In this document: positions 44,104-55,899 of the stretch, one piece after another | Layout: the number at the start of each line of letters is the position of its first letter | How positions within the stretch are numbered: position 1 is the stretch's first letter | Assembly (NCBI RefSeq): GCF_056712565.1 | Contig: NZ_CM160072.1 | Strand: one strand, 5' to 3' | Length of the DNA: 64,000 bases | Notes under the pieces: model-generated | What the model saw: the letters and a program-made list of their open reading frames with translations, nothing else | Databases searched by the model: none | What the model was told of the DNA's origin: nothing | Translations under genes and position numbers: made by a program

Positions 44104-46566
44104 ATGCGAGTGTTGAAGTTCGGCGGTACATCAGTGGCAAATGCAGAACGTTTTCTGCGGGTTGCCGATATTCTGGAAAGCAATGCCAGGCAGGGGCAGG
44201 TGGCGACCGTCCTCTCTGCCCCCGCCAAAATTACCAACCATCTGGTAGCGATGATTGAAAAAACCATTAGCGGCCAAGATGCTTTACCCAATATCAGCGA
44301 TGCCGAACGTATTTTTGCCGAACTTCTGACGGGACTCGCCGCCGCCCAGCCGGGATTTCCGCTGGCACAATTGAAAACTTTCGTCGACCAGGAATTTGCC
44401 CAAATAAAACATGTCCTGCATGGCATTAGTTTGTTGGGGCAGTGCCCGGATAGCATCAACGCTGCGCTGATTTGCCGTGGCGAGAAAATGTCGATCGCCA
44501 TTATGGCCGGCGTGTTAGAAGCGCGTGGTCACAACGTTACCGTTATCGATCCGGTCGAAAAACTGCTTGCAGTGGGGCATTACCTCGAATCTACCGTTGA
44601 TATTGCTGAGTCCACCCGCCGTATTGCGGCAAGCCGCATTCCGGCTGACCACATGGTGCTGATGGCTGGTTTCACTGCCGGTAATGAAAAAGGCGAGCTG
44701 GTGGTTCTGGGACGCAACGGTTCCGACTACTCCGCTGCGGTGCTGGCGGCCTGTTTACGCGCCGATTGTTGCGAGATCTGGACGGATGTTGACGGTGTTT
44801 ATACCTGCGATCCGCGTCAGGTGCCCGATGCGAGGTTGTTGAAGTCGATGTCCTATCAGGAAGCGATGGAGCTTTCTTACTTCGGCGCTAAAGTTCTTCA
44901 CCCCCGCACCATCACCCCCATCGCCCAGTTTCAGATCCCTTGCCTGATTAAAAATACCGGAAATCCTCAAGCTCCAGGTACGCTCATTGGTGCCAGCCGT
45001 GATGAAGACGAATTACCGGTCAAGGGCATTTCCAATCTGAATAACATGGCAATGTTCAGCGTTTCCGGCCCGGGGATGAAAGGGATGGTTGGCATGGCGG
45101 CGCGCGTCTTTGCAGCGATGTCACGCGCCCGTATTTCCGTGGTGCTGATTACGCAATCATCTTCCGAATACAGTATCAGTTTCTGCGTTCCGCAAAGCGA
45201 CTGTGTGCGAGCTGAACGGGCAATGCAGGAAGAGTTCTACCTGGAACTGAAAGAAGGCTTACTGGAGCCGTTGGCGGTGACGGAACGGCTGGCCATTATC
45301 TCGGTGGTAGGTGATGGTATGCGCACCTTACGTGGGATCTCGGCGAAATTCTTTGCCGCGCTGGCCCGCGCCAATATCAACATTGTCGCCATTGCTCAGG
45401 GATCTTCTGAACGCTCAATCTCTGTCGTGGTCAATAACGATGATGCGACCACTGGCGTGCGCGTTACTCATCAGATGCTGTTCAATACCGATCAGGTTAT
45501 CGAAGTGTTTGTGATTGGCGTCGGTGGCGTTGGCGGTGCGCTGCTGGAGCAACTGAAGCGTCAGCAAAGCTGGTTGAAGAATAAACATATCGACTTACGT
45601 GTCTGCGGTGTTGCTAACTCGAAGGCACTGCTCACCAATGTACATGGCCTTAATCTGGAAAACTGGCAGGAAGAACTGGCGCAAGCCAAAGAGCCGTTTA
45701 ATCTCGGGCGCTTAATTCGCCTCGTGAAAGAATATCATCTGCTGAACCCGGTCATTGTTGACTGTACTTCCAGCCAGGCAGTGGCGGATCAATATGCCGA
45801 CTTCCTGCGCGAAGGTTTCCACGTTGTTACGCCGAACAAAAAGGCCAACACCTCGTCGATGGATTACTACCATCAGTTGCGTTATGCGGCGGAAAAATCG
45901 CGGCGTAAATTCCTCTATGACACCAACGTTGGGGCTGGATTACCGGTTATCGAGAACCTGCAAAATCTGCTCAATGCTGGTGATGAATTGATGAAGTTCT
46001 CCGGCATTCTTTCAGGTTCGCTTTCTTATATCTTCGGCAAGTTAGACGAAGGCATGAGTTTCTCCGAGGCGACCACACTGGCGCGGGAAATGGGTTATAC
46101 CGAACCGGACCCGCGAGATGATCTTTCTGGTATGGATGTGGCGCGTAAGCTATTGATTCTCGCTCGTGAAACGGGACGTGAACTGGAGCTGGCGGATATT
46201 GAAATTGAACCTGTGCTGCCCGCAGAGTTTAACGCCGAGGGTGATGTCGCCGCTTTTATGGCGAATCTGTCACAGCTCGACGATCTCTTTGCCGCGCGTG
46301 TGGCGAAGGCCCGTGATGAAGGAAAAGTTTTGCGCTATGTTGGCAATATTGATGAAGATGGCGTCTGCCGCGTGAAGATTGCCGAAGTGGATGGTAATGA
46401 TCCGCTGTTCAAAGTGAAAAATGGCGAAAACGCCCTGGCCTTCTATAGCCACTATTATCAGCCGCTGCCGTTGGTACTGCGCGGATATGGTGCGGGCAAT
46501 GACGTTACAGCTGCCGGTGTCTTTGCTGATCTGCTACGTACCCTCTCATGGAAGTTAGGAGTCTGA
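44104..46566 (+). CDS. thrA: Bifunctional aspartokinase I / homoserine dehydrogenase I
   Basis: ORF-track frame 44062..46566; ATG at 44104 gives [48 protein letters not shown] (820 aa). Confidence 0.97.
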
Positions 46567-46567
46567 C

Positions 46568-47500
46568 ATGGTTAAAGTTTATGCCCCGGCTTCCAGTGCC
46601 AATATGAGCGTCGGGTTTGATGTGCTCGGGGCGGCGGTGACACCTGTTGATGGTGCATTGCTCGGAGATGTAGTCACGGTTGAGGCGGCAGAGACATTCA
46701 GTCTCAACAACCTCGGACGCTTTGCCGATAAGCTGCCGTCAGAGCCACGGGAAAATATCGTTTATCAGTGCTGGGAGCGTTTTTGCCAGGAGCTTGGCAA
46801 GCAAATTCCAGTGGCGATGACTCTGGAAAAGAATATGCCGATCGGTTCGGGCTTAGGCTCCAGCGCCTGTTCAGTGGTCGCGGCGCTGATGGCGATGAAT
46901 GAACACTGCGGCAAGCCGCTTAATGACACTCGTTTGCTGGCTTTGATGGGCGAGTTGGAAGGGCGTATCTCCGGCAGCATTCATTACGACAACGTGGCAC
47001 CGTGTTTTCTTGGTGGTATGCAGTTGATGATTGAAGAAAACGACATCATCAGTCAGCAAGTGCCAGGGTTTGATGAGTGGCTGTGGGTGCTGGCGTATCC
47101 GGGGATTAAAGTCTCGACGGCAGAAGCCAGGGCTATTTTACCGGCGCAGTATCGCCGCCAGGATTGCATTGCGCACGGGCGACATCTGGCAGGCTTCATT
47201 CACGCCTGCTATTCCCGTCAGCCTGAGCTTGCCGCGAAGCTGATGAAAGATGTTATCGCTGAACCCTACCGTGAACGGTTACTGCCAGGCTTCCGGCAGG
47301 CGCGGCAGGCGGTTGCGGAAATCGGCGCGGTAGCGAGCGGTATCTCCGGCTCCGGCCCGACTTTGTTCGCTCTGTGTGACAAGCCGGATACCGCCCAGCG
47401 CGTTGCCGACTGGTTGGGTAAAAACTACCTGCAAAATCAGGAAGGTTTTGTTCATATTTGCCGGCTGGATACGGCGGGCGCACGAGTACTGGAAAACTAA
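46568..47500 (+). CDS. thrB: Homoserine kinase
   Basis: 310-aa [27 protein letters not shown]...; GHMP kinase motif [10 protein letters not shown]. Confidence 0.97.
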
Positions 47501-48787
47501 ATGAAACTCTACAATCTGAAAGATCACAATGAGCAGGTCAGCTTTGCGCAAGCCGTAACCCAGGGGTTGGGCAAAAATCAGGGGCTGTTTTTCCCGCACG
47601 ACCTGCCGGAATTCAGCCTGACTGAAATTGATGAGATGCTGAAGCTGGATTTTGTCACCCGCAGTGCGAAGATCCTCTCGGCGTTTATTGGTGATGAAAT
47701 CCCGCAGGAAATCCTGGAAGAGCGCGTACGCGCGGCGTTTGCCTTCCCGGCTCCGGTCGCCAATGTTGAAAGCGATGTCGGTTGTCTGGAATTGTTCCAC
47801 GGGCCAACGCTGGCATTTAAAGATTTCGGCGGTCGCTTTATGGCACAAATACTGACCCATATTGCGGGCGATAAGCCAGTGACCATTCTGACCGCGACAT
47901 CCGGTGATACTGGAGCGGCAGTGGCTCATGCTTTCTACGGTTTACCGAATGTGAAAGTGGTTATCCTCTATCCACGAGGCAAAATCAGTCCACTGCAAGA
48001 AAAACTGTTCTGTACATTGGGCGGCAATATCGAAACTGTTGCCATCGACGGCGATTTCGATGCCTGTCAGGCGCTGGTGAAGCAGGCGTTTGATGATGAA
48101 GAACTGAAAGTGGCGCTGGGGCTAAACTCTGCTAACTCCATTAACATCAGCCGTTTGCTGGCGCAGATTTGCTACTACTTTGAAGCTGTTGCGCAGCTGC
48201 CGCAGGAAGCGCGCAACCAGCTGGTTGTCTCGGTGCCAAGCGGAAACTTCGGCGATTTGACGGCGGGTCTGCTGGCGAAGTCACTCGGTCTGCCGGTGAA
48301 ACGTTTTATTGCTGCGACCAACGTGAACGATACCGTGCCACGTTTCCTGCACGACGGTCAGTGGTCACCCAAAGCGACTCAGGCGACGTTATCCAATGCG
48401 ATGGATGTTAGCCAGCCAAACAACTGGCCGCGTGTGGAAGAGTTGTTCCGCCGCAAAATCTGGCAACTGAAAGAGCTGGGGTATGCAGCCGTGGATGATG
48501 AAACCACGCAACAGACAATGCGTGAGTTAAAAGAACTGGGCTATACCTCGGAGCCGCACGCTGCCGTAGCTTATCGTGCGCTGCGTGACCAGTTGAATCC
48601 AGGCGAATATGGCTTGTTCCTCGGCACCGCGCATCCGGCGAAATTTAAAGAGAGCGTGGAAGCGATTCTCGGTGAAACGTTGGATCTGCCAAAAGAGCTG
48701 GCAGAACGTGCTGATTTACCCTTGCTTTCGCATAACCTGCCCGCCGATTTTGCTGCGTTGCGTAAATTGATGATGAATCATCAGTAA
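47501..48787 (+). CDS. thrC: Threonine synthase
   Basis: 428-aa ORF MKLYNLKDHNEQVSFAQAVTQGLGKNQGLFFPHDLPEF...; PLP lysine motif GPTLAFKD. Confidence 0.97.
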   Translation: MKLYNLKDHNEQVSFAQAVTQGLGKNQGLFFPHDLPEFSLTEIDEMLKLDFVTRSAKILSAFIGDEIPQEILEERVRAAFAFPAPVANVESDVGCLELFHGPTLAFKDFGGRFMAQILTHIAGDKPVTILTATSGDTGAAVAHAFYGLPNVKVVILYPRGKISPLQEKLFCTLGGNIETVAIDGDFDACQALVKQAFDDEELKVALGLNSANSINISRLLAQICYYFEAVAQLPQEARNQLVVSVPSGNFGDLTAGLLAKSLGLPVKRFIAATNVNDTVPRFLHDGQWSPKATQATLSNAMDVSQPNNWPRVEELFRRKIWQLKELGYAAVDDETTQQTMRELKELGYTSEPHAAVAYRALRDQLNPGEYGLFLGTAHPAKFKESVEAILGETLDLPKELAERADLPLLSHNLPADFAALRKLMMNHQ

Positions 48788-48808
48788 CATCTATTCATTA
48801 TCTCAATC

Positions 48809-48846
48809 AGGCCGGGTTTGCTTTTATGCAGCCCGGCTTTTTTATG
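48809..48846 (+). terminator. thr operon rho-independent terminator
   Basis: aggccgggtttgcttttatgcagcccggc hairpin followed by ttttttat. Confidence 0.8.
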
Positions 48847-49000
48847 AAGAAAATATGGAGAAAAACGACAGGGAAAAAGGAGAAATTCTCAATAAATGCG
48901 GTAAATTAGAGATTAGGATTGCGGAGAATAACAACTGCCGTTCTCATCGCGTAATCTCCGGATATCGACCCATAACGGGCAATGATAAAAGGAGTAACCT

Positions 49001-49297
49001 GTGAAAAAGATGCAATCTATCGTACTCGCACTTTCCCTGGTTCTGGTCGCTCCCATGGCAGCGCAGGCTGCGGAAATTACGCTAGTCCCGTCAGTAAAAT
49101 TACAGATAGGCGATCGTGATAATCGTGGCTATTACTGGGATGGCGGTCACTGGCGCGACCACGGCTGGTGGAAACAACATTATGAATGGCGAGGCAATCG
49201 CTGGCACCCATATGGACCGCCGCCATCGCCGCGCCATAACAAGCACAATGATCATCGTGGCGATCATCGTCCGGAGCCGGACAAACATCATCGCTAA
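49001..49297 (+). CDS. yaaX: Secreted His/Trp/Arg-rich protein YaaX (DUF2502)
   Basis: 98-aa ORF with signal peptide [23 protein letters not shown]. Confidence 0.85.
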   Translation: MKKMQSIVLALSLVLVAPMAAQAAEITLVPSVKLQIGDRDNRGYYWDGGHWRDHGWWKQHYEWRGNRWHPYGPPPSPRHNKHNDHRGDHRPEPDKHHR

Positions 49298-49336
49298 ATA
49301 TCAATGCCGGATTACCATCCGGCATTGACTACAAAC

Positions 49337-50113
49337 TTAACGCTGCTCGTAGCGTTTAAACACCAGTTCGCCATTGCTGGAGGAAGCTTCATCAAAGAAG
49401 TAACCTTCGCTATTAAAACCAGTCAGTTGCTCTGGTTTGGTCAGCCGATTTTCAATAATGAAACGACTCATCAGACCGCGTGCTTTCTTAGCGTAGAAGC
49501 TGATTATCTTAAATTTGCCGTTCTTCTCATCGAGGAACACTGGCTTGATAATCTCGGCATTCAATTTCTTCGGCTTCACCGATTTAAAATACTCATCTGA
49601 CGCCAGATTTATCACCACATTATCGCCTTGTGCTGCGAGCGCCTCGTTCAGCTTGTTGGTGATGATATCTCCCCAGAATTGATACAGATCTTTCCCTCGG
49701 GCATTCTCAAGACGTATCCCCATTTCCAGACGATAAGGCTGCATTAAATCGAGCGGGCGCAGTACGCCATACAAGCCGGAAAGCATTCGCAAATGCTGTT
49801 GGGCAAAATCGAAATCGTCTTCGCTGAAGGTTTCGGCCTGCAAGCCAGTGTAGACATCACCTTTAAACACCAGAATTGCCTGGCGGGCATTCTCCGGTGT
49901 GAAATTTGGCTGCCAGTCATGAAAGCGAGCGGCGTTGATACCCGCCAGTTTGTCGCTGATGCGCATCAGGGAGCTAATCTGCGGGGGCGTCAGTTTCCGC
50001 GCTTCATGGATCAGCTGCTGGGCGTTGTCTAACAGCTCCGGCAGCGTATAGCGCGTGGTGGTCAACGGGCTTTGGTAATCAAGCGTTTTCGCAGGTGAAA
50101 TAAGAATCAGCAT
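49337..50113 (-). CDS. yaaA: Peroxide stress protein YaaA (DUF328)
   Basis: 258-aa [31 protein letters not shown]... Confidence 0.93.
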   Translation of the reverse strand: MLILISPAKTLDYQSPLTTTRYTLPELLDNAQQLIHEARKLTPPQISSLMRISDKLAGINAARFHDWQPNFTPENARQAILVFKGDVYTGLQAETFSEDDFDFAQQHLRMLSGLYGVLRPLDLMQPYRLEMGIRLENARGKDLYQFWGDIITNKLNEALAAQGDNVVINLASDEYFKSVKPKKLNAEIIKPVFLDEKNGKFKIISFYAKKARGLMSRFIIENRLTKPEQLTGFNSEGYFFDEASSSNGELVFKRYEQR

Positions 50114-50182
50114 ATCCAGTCCTTGCAGGAAATTTATGCCGACTTTAGCAAAAAAAGAGAATGAGTTGATCGATAGTTGTGA

Positions 50183-51613
50183 TTACTCCTGCGAAACATC
50201 ATCCCACGCGTCTGGAGAAAGCTGGCGACCGATCTCCGGATAACGCAACGGATCAAACACCGGACGCACGCCGAGTTTACGCTGGCGTAGATAATCACTG
50301 GCAATGGTATGAACCACAGGCGAGAGCAGTAATATGGCGGTCAAATTGGTAATAGCCATGCAGGCCATAATGATATCTGCCAGTTGCCACATCAGCGGAA
50401 GACTTAGCAAGGTGCCGCCGATGACCGTTGCGAAGGTGCAGATCCGCAGACACCAGATCGCTTTAGGGTTGTTCAGGCGTAAAAAGAAGAGATTGTTTTC
50501 GGCATAAATGTAGTTGGTAACGATGGAGCTGAAGGCAAACAGAATAACCACGAGGGTAACAAACTCCGCACCCCAGGAACCCATTAGCACCCGCATCGCC
50601 TTCTGGATAAGCTGAATACCTTCCAGCGGCATGTAGGTTGTGCCGTTACCCGCCAGTAATATCAGCATGGCGCTTGCCGTGCAGATGACCAGGGTGTCGA
50701 TAAAAATGCCAATCATCTGGACAATTCCTTGCGCTGCCGGATGCGGAGGCCAGGACGCAGCTGCCGCTGCCGCGTTTGGCGTCGACCCCATTCCCGCCTC
50801 ATTGGAAAACATACTGCGCTGAAAACCGTTAGTAATCGCCTGGCTTAAGGTATATCCCGCCGCGCCGCCTGCAGCTTCCTGCCAGCCAAAAGCACTCTCA
50901 AAAATAGACCAAATGACGTGGGGAAGTTGCCCGATATTCATTACGCAAATCACCAGGCAGGTCAGTACCCAGATTATCGCCATCAACGGGACAAACCCCT
51001 GCATGAGCCGGGCGACGCCATGAAGACCGCGAGTGATCGCCAGCAGAGCAAAGACAGCGAGAATAATACCTGTTACCAGCGGGGGAAAATCAAAAGAAAA
51101 ACTCAGAGCTCGCGCAACGGCGTTCGCCTGAACTCCGCTGAAAATTATGGCGTAGGCGATGAGCAAAAAGACGGCGAACAGAACGCCCATCCAGCGCATC
51201 CCCAGCCCGCGCGCCATATACCATGCCGGTCCGCCACGAAACTGCCCATTGGCATCACGTTCTTTATAAAGCTGTGCGAGGGAACATTCGGCAAACGAGG
51301 TCGCCATGCCGATAAATGCGGCAACCCACATCCAGAAGACGGCTCCAGGTCCACCGGCGGTAATTGCCAGCGCAACGCCGGCCAGGTTGCCGCTACCCAC
51401 GCGCGCTGCAAGACTGGTACACAATGACTGAAATGAGGTTAAACCGCCTGGCTGTGGATGAATGCTATTTTTAAGACTTTTGCCAAACTGGCGGATGTAG
51501 CGAAACTGCACAAATCCGGTGCGAAAAGTGAACCAACAACCTGCGCCGAAGAGCAGGTAAATCATTACCGATCCCCAAAGGACGCTGTTAATAAAGGAGA
51601 AAAAATCTGGCAT
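50183..51613 (-). CDS. yaaJ: Alanine/glycine:cation symporter-family transporter YaaJ
   Basis: 476-aa polytopic membrane ORF MPDFFSFINSVLWGSVMIYLLFGAGCWFTF... Confidence 0.93.
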   Translation of the reverse strand: MPDFFSFINSVLWGSVMIYLLFGAGCWFTFRTGFVQFRYIRQFGKSLKNSIHPQPGGLTSFQSLCTSLAARVGSGNLAGVALAITAGGPGAVFWMWVAAFIGMATSFAECSLAQLYKERDANGQFRGGPAWYMARGLGMRWMGVLFAVFLLIAYAIIFSGVQANAVARALSFSFDFPPLVTGIILAVFALLAITRGLHGVARLMQGFVPLMAIIWVLTCLVICVMNIGQLPHVIWSIFESAFGWQEAAGGAAGYTLSQAITNGFQRSMFSNEAGMGSTPNAAAAAASWPPHPAAQGIVQMIGIFIDTLVICTASAMLILLAGNGTTYMPLEGIQLIQKAMRVLMGSWGAEFVTLVVILFAFSSIVTNYIYAENNLFFLRLNNPKAIWCLRICTFATVIGGTLLSLPLMWQLADIIMACMAITNLTAILLLSPVVHTIASDYLRQRKLGVRPVFDPLRYPEIGRQLSPDAWDDVSQE

Positions 51614-51891
51614 GCATATCCCTCTTATTGCCGGTCGCGATGACTTTCCTGTGTAAACGTTACCAATTGTTTAAGAAGTATATACGCTACGAGGTACTTG
51701 ATAACTTCTGCGTAGCATACATGAGGTTTTGTATAAAAATGGCGGGCGATATCAACGCAGTGTCAGAAATCCGAAACAGTCTCGCCTGGCGATAACCGTC
51801 TTGTCGGCGGTTGCGCTGACGTTGCGTCGTGATATCATCAGGGCAGACCGGTTACATCCCCCTAACAAGCTGTTTAAAGAGAAATACTATC

Positions 51892-52845
51892 ATGACGGAC
51901 AAATTGACCTCCCTTCGTCAGTACACCACCGTAGTGGCCGACACTGGGGACATCGCGGCAATGAAGCTGTATCAACCGCAGGATGCCACAACCAACCCTT
52001 CTCTCATTCTTAACGCAGCGCAGATTCCGGAATACCGTAAGTTGATTGATGATGCTGTCGCCTGGGCGAAACAGCAGAGCAACGATCGCGCGCAGCAGAT
52101 CGTGGACGCGACCGACAAACTGGCCGTAAATATTGGTCTGGAAATCCTGAAACTGGTTCCGGGCCGTATCTCAACTGAAGTTGATGCGCGTCTTTCCTAT
52201 GACACCGAAGCGTCAATTGCGAAAGCAAAACGCCTGATCAAACTCTACAACGATGCAGGTATTAGCAACGATCGTATTCTGATCAAACTGGCTTCTACCT
52301 GGCAGGGTATCCGTGCTGCGGAACAGCTGGAAAAAGAAGGCATCAACTGTAACCTGACCCTGCTGTTCTCCTTCGCTCAGGCTCGTGCTTGTGCGGAAGC
52401 GGGCGTGTTCCTGATCTCGCCGTTTGTTGGCCGTATTCTTGACTGGTACAAAGCGAATACCGATAAGAAAGAGTACGCTCCGGCAGAAGATCCGGGCGTG
52501 GTTTCTGTATCTGAAATCTACCAGTACTACAAAGAGCATGGTTATGAAACCGTGGTTATGGGCGCAAGCTTCCGTAACATCGGCGAAATTCTGGAACTGG
52601 CAGGCTGCGACCGTCTGACCATCGCACCGGCACTGCTGAAAGAGCTGGCGGAGAGCGAAGGGGCTATCGAACGTAAACTGTCTTACACTGGTGAAGTGAA
52701 AGCGCGTCCGGCGCGTATCACTGAGTCCGAGTTCCTGTGGCAGCACAACCAGGATCCAATGGCAGTAGATAAACTGGCGGAAGGTATCCGTAAGTTTGCT
52801 GTTGACCAGGAAAAACTGGAAAAAATGATCGGCGATCTGCTGTAA
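51892..52845 (+). CDS. talB: Transaldolase B
   Basis: ORF-track frame 51829..52845; ATG at 51892 gives [38 protein letters not shown] (317 aa). Confidence 0.97.
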
Positions 52846-52853
52846 TCATACTT

Positions 52854-52890
52854 AGCGTGACCGGGAAGTCGGTCACGCTACCTCTTCTGA
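52854..52890 (+). terminator. Possible talB terminator hairpin
   Basis: agcgtgaccg-ggaagt-cggtcacgct inverted repeat directly after the talB stop; no clear T-run. Confidence 0.4.
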
Positions 52891-52959
52891 AACCTGTCTG
52901 TCACTCCCTTCGCAGTGTATCATTCTGTTTAACGAGACTGTTTAAACGGAAAAATCTTG

Positions 52960-53547
52960 ATGAATACTTTACGTATTGGCTTAGTTTCCATCTCTGATCG
53001 CGCATCCAGCGGCGTTTATCAGGATAAAGGCATCCCTGCGCTGGAAGAATGGCTGACATCGGCGCTAACCACGCCGTTTGAACTGGAAACCCGCTTAATC
53101 CCCGATGAGCAGGCGATCATCGAGCAAACGTTGTGTGAGCTGGTGGATGAAATGAGTTGCCATCTGGTGCTCACCACGGGCGGAACTGGCCCGGCGCGTC
53201 GTGACGTAACGCCCGATGCGACGCTGGCAGTAGCGGACCGCGAGATGCCAGGCTTTGGTGAACAGATGCGCCAGATCAGCCTGCATTTTGTACCAACTGC
53301 GATCCTTTCGCGTCAGGTGGGGGTGATTCGCAAACAGGCGCTGATCCTTAACTTACCCGGTCAACCGAAGTCTATTAAAGAGACGCTGGAAGGTGTGAAG
53401 GACGCTGAGGGTAACGTTGTGGTGCACGGTATTTTTGCCAGCGTACCGTACTGCATTCAGTTGCTGGAAGGGCCATACGTTGAAACGGCACCGGAAGTGG
53501 TTGCAGCATTCAGACCGAAGAGTGCAAGACGCGAAGTTAGCGAATAA
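52960..53547 (+). CDS. mog: Molybdopterin adenylyltransferase
   Basis: ORF-track frame 52957..53547; ATG at 52960 gives MNTLRIGLVSISDRASSGVYQDKGIPALEEWL (195 aa). Confidence 0.95.
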   Translation: MNTLRIGLVSISDRASSGVYQDKGIPALEEWLTSALTTPFELETRLIPDEQAIIEQTLCELVDEMSCHLVLTTGGTGPARRDVTPDATLAVADREMPGFGEQMRQISLHFVPTAILSRQVGVIRKQALILNLPGQPKSIKETLEGVKDAEGNVVVHGIFASVPYCIQLLEGPYVETAPEVVAAFRPKSARREVSE

Positions 53548-53552
53548 AAAAA

Positions 53553-53570
53553 TCCCCCCAAGCGGGGGGA
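53553..53570. terminator. G/C-run hairpin after mog, flanked by an A7 run (bidirectional terminator candidate)
   Basis: aaaaaaa-tcccccc-aagc-gggggga: hairpin preceded by an A-tract on the plus strand, which is a T-tract after the stem when read on the minus strand. Confidence 0.5.
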
Positions 53571-53594
53571 TCAGACTGATGACAAACGCAAAAC

Positions 53595-53694
53595 TGCCTG
53601 ATGCGCTACGCTTATCAGGCCTACGATCTTCTTGCAATATATTGAATTTGCACGATTTTGTAGGCCGGATAAGGCGTTCACGCCGCATCCGGCA
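53595..53694. repeat. REP/BIME element pair between mog and satP
   Basis: ctgcctgatgcgctacgcttatcaggcctac and gtaggccggataaggcgttcacgccgcatccggca, canonical REP palindromes. Confidence 0.7.
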
Positions 53695-53751
53695 TAAACA
53701 AAGCGCACGTTGTTAACAATCTTATCCCTTCGAGCGGGGGGAGCTTAACAA

Positions 53752-54318
53752 TTAGTGAGACTCACCAATCGGCAGAACGGTGCGACCAAACTGCTCGTTC
53801 AGCACTTCACCCATCGCCAGATAGATTGCACTGGCACCGCAGATAAGACCAATCCAGCCGGCAAAGTGGATGATCGCGGCGTTACCGGCAATGTTACCGA
53901 TCGCCAGCAGGGCAAACAGCACGGTCAGGCTAAAGAAAACGAATTGCAGAACGCGTGCGCCTTTCAGCGTGCCGAAGAACATAAACAGCGTAAATATGCC
54001 CCACAGACCCAGGTAGACACCAAGGAACTGTGCATTTGGCGCATCGGTCAGCCCCAGTTTCGGCATCAGCAGAATTGCAACCAGCGTCAGCCAGAAAGAA
54101 CCGTAAGAGGTGAATGCGGTTAAACCGAAAGTGTTGCCTTTTTTGTACTCCAGCAGACCGGCAAAAATTTGCGCGATGCCGCCGTAGAAAATGCCCATGG
54201 CAAGAATAATACCGTCCAGAGCAAAATAACCCACGTTGTGCAGGTTAAGCAGAATGGTGGTCATGCCGAAGCCCATCAGGCCCAGCGGTGCCGGATTAGC
54301 CAACTTAGTGTTGCCCAT
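53752..54318 (-). CDS. satP: Succinate-acetate/proton symporter (GPR1/FUN34/YaaH family)
   Basis: 188-aa hydrophobic ORF MGNTKLANPAPLGLMGFGMTTILLNLHNVGYF... Confidence 0.93.
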   Translation of the reverse strand: MGNTKLANPAPLGLMGFGMTTILLNLHNVGYFALDGIILAMGIFYGGIAQIFAGLLEYKKGNTFGLTAFTSYGSFWLTLVAILLMPKLGLTDAPNAQFLGVYLGLWGIFTLFMFFGTLKGARVLQFVFFSLTVLFALLAIGNIAGNAAIIHFAGWIGLICGASAIYLAMGEVLNEQFGRTVLPIGESH

Positions 54319-54466
54319 AATTCCTCAAAAATCATCATCGAATGAATGGTGAAATAATTTCCCTGAATAACTGTAGTGTTTTCAGGGCGCGGCATAATAA
54401 TCAGCCAGTGGGGCAGTGTCTACGATCTTTTGAGGGGAAAATGAAAATTTTCCCCGGTTTCCGGTA

Positions 54467-55180
54467 TCAGACCTGAGTGGCGCTAACCATCCGGCGCAGG
54501 CAGGCGATTTGCAGTACGGCTGGAATTGTCACGCGATAGGCACTGCCGCTGACCGCTTTAACCCCATTTAATGCTGCGCCCACAGGGCCTCCCAGACCCG
54601 CGCCGCGCAGCAAACCATGCCCAAGCACGCTCATTGCTGCGTGGGTGCGTAAAATGCGGGTCAATTGGCTGGAAAGCAAATGCGACACACCTTTTGCCAA
54701 TAATTTGTCTTTCATCAGCAGCGGCAGCAGCTCTTCCAGCTCATTCACCCTGGCATCGACCGCGTGCAGAAACTCCTGCTTATGTTCCTCGTCCATTTTC
54801 TTCCAGGTATTACGCAGAAATTGTTCCAGTAACTGTTGCTCAATTTCAAACGTAGACATCTCTTTGTCGGCTTTCAGCTTCAATCGCTTTGAAACATCGA
54901 GCAAAATGGCGCGATACAATTTACCGTGTCCGCGCAGTTTGTTGGCGATACTATCGCCACCAAAATGCTGTAATTCTCCGGCAATCAGCTGCCAGTTGCG
55001 GCGGTGTCGCTCGGGATGTCCTTCCATCGATTTAAACAGTTCGTTGCGCATCAGTACGCTGGAGAGGCGAGTTTTGCCTTTTTCATTATGGGTGAGCAGC
55101 CGGGCGAAATTTGCCAACTGTTCCTCACTACAATGCTGGAGAAAATCCAGATCTGAATCATTCAGGTAATTAACATTCAT
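54467..55180 (-). CDS. yaaW: UPF0174-family protein YaaW
   Basis: 237-aa ORF MNVNYLNDSDLDFLQHCSEEQLANFARLLTHNEKGK... Confidence 0.88.
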   Translation of the reverse strand: MNVNYLNDSDLDFLQHCSEEQLANFARLLTHNEKGKTRLSSVLMRNELFKSMEGHPERHRRNWQLIAGELQHFGGDSIANKLRGHGKLYRAILLDVSKRLKLKADKEMSTFEIEQQLLEQFLRNTWKKMDEEHKQEFLHAVDARVNELEELLPLLMKDKLLAKGVSHLLSSQLTRILRTHAAMSVLGHGLLRGAGLGGPVGAALNGVKAVSGSAYRVTIPAVLQIACLRRMVSATQV

Positions 55181-55205
55181 TTTTTGTGGTTTCTATATTC
55201 TGGCG

Positions 55206-55610
55206 TTAGTCGTCGCCGATAATTTTCAGCGTGGCCATATCCGATGAGTTCACTGTATGACCGGAAAAGGTGATTTTTGAGACGCAGCGTTTGTTGTCGT
55301 TATCGCTGTTAATGTTGATCCAGTCAGTGGTTTGCTCTTCTTTTATTTCTGAAGGAATATTCAGGGTCTGACTGGCGCTTCGGGTGGCTTTGAAATAAAT
55401 CGATGCACCGCTTAACTGCAAATCGCCATGGTCGGCTGAGAGTTGTATGCGTTTAACAATGCGACAAACAGGAAGTTTCAGCGCCAGATCGTTGGTTTCG
55501 TTTCGCGGCATTGCAATGACGCCGAGGATTTTATGGTCGTTTGCCTGCGCCGTGCAGCACAGCATCAGGCTAATCGCCAGGCTGGCGGAAATCGTAATAA
55601 CGGATTTCAT
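55206..55610 (-). CDS. yaaI: Periplasmic DUF2541-family protein YaaI
   Basis: 134-aa ORF with signal peptide [23 protein letters not shown]. Confidence 0.88.
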   Translation of the reverse strand: MKSVITISASLAISLMLCCTAQANDHKILGVIAMPRNETNDLALKLPVCRIVKRIQLSADHGDLQLSGASIYFKATRSASQTLNIPSEIKEEQTTDWININSDNDNKRCVSKITFSGHTVNSSDMATLKIIGDD

Positions 55611-55824
55611 AAGGATTCTCTTGGTGGGGAGGGGTAAGGGGATGAAACTAGTTTACTGCTGATAAAGAGAAGTTTCAGGTACGTAATATTTTCTTTTTAT
55701 TACAATTTTTTGATGAATGCCTTGGCTGCGATTCATTCTTTATATGAATAAAATTGTTGTCAGTTTCACGTCTTGTCCTGCCATATCGCGAAATTTCTGC
55801 GCAAAAGCACAAAAAATTTTTGCA

Positions 55825-55863
55825 TCTCCCCCTTGATGACGTGGGTTACGACCCCATTTAGTA
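55825..55863 (+). promoter_or_regulatory. dnaK P1 heat-shock (sigma-32) promoter
   Basis: tctcccccttgatga (-35-like) ... gaccccatttagta (-10-like) matches the sigma-32 consensus TCTCnCCCTTGAA / CCCCATnTA. Confidence 0.75.
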
Positions 55864-55899
55864 GTCAACCGCAGTGAGTGAGTCTGCAAAAAAATGAAA

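Noticed and set aside
54645-55169. 174-aa plus-strand ORF inside yaaW (position of the historical htgA/mbiA annotation)
   Set aside because: Entirely antisense to yaaW with no independent RBS or conservation signal I can see; left unannotated as dubious.
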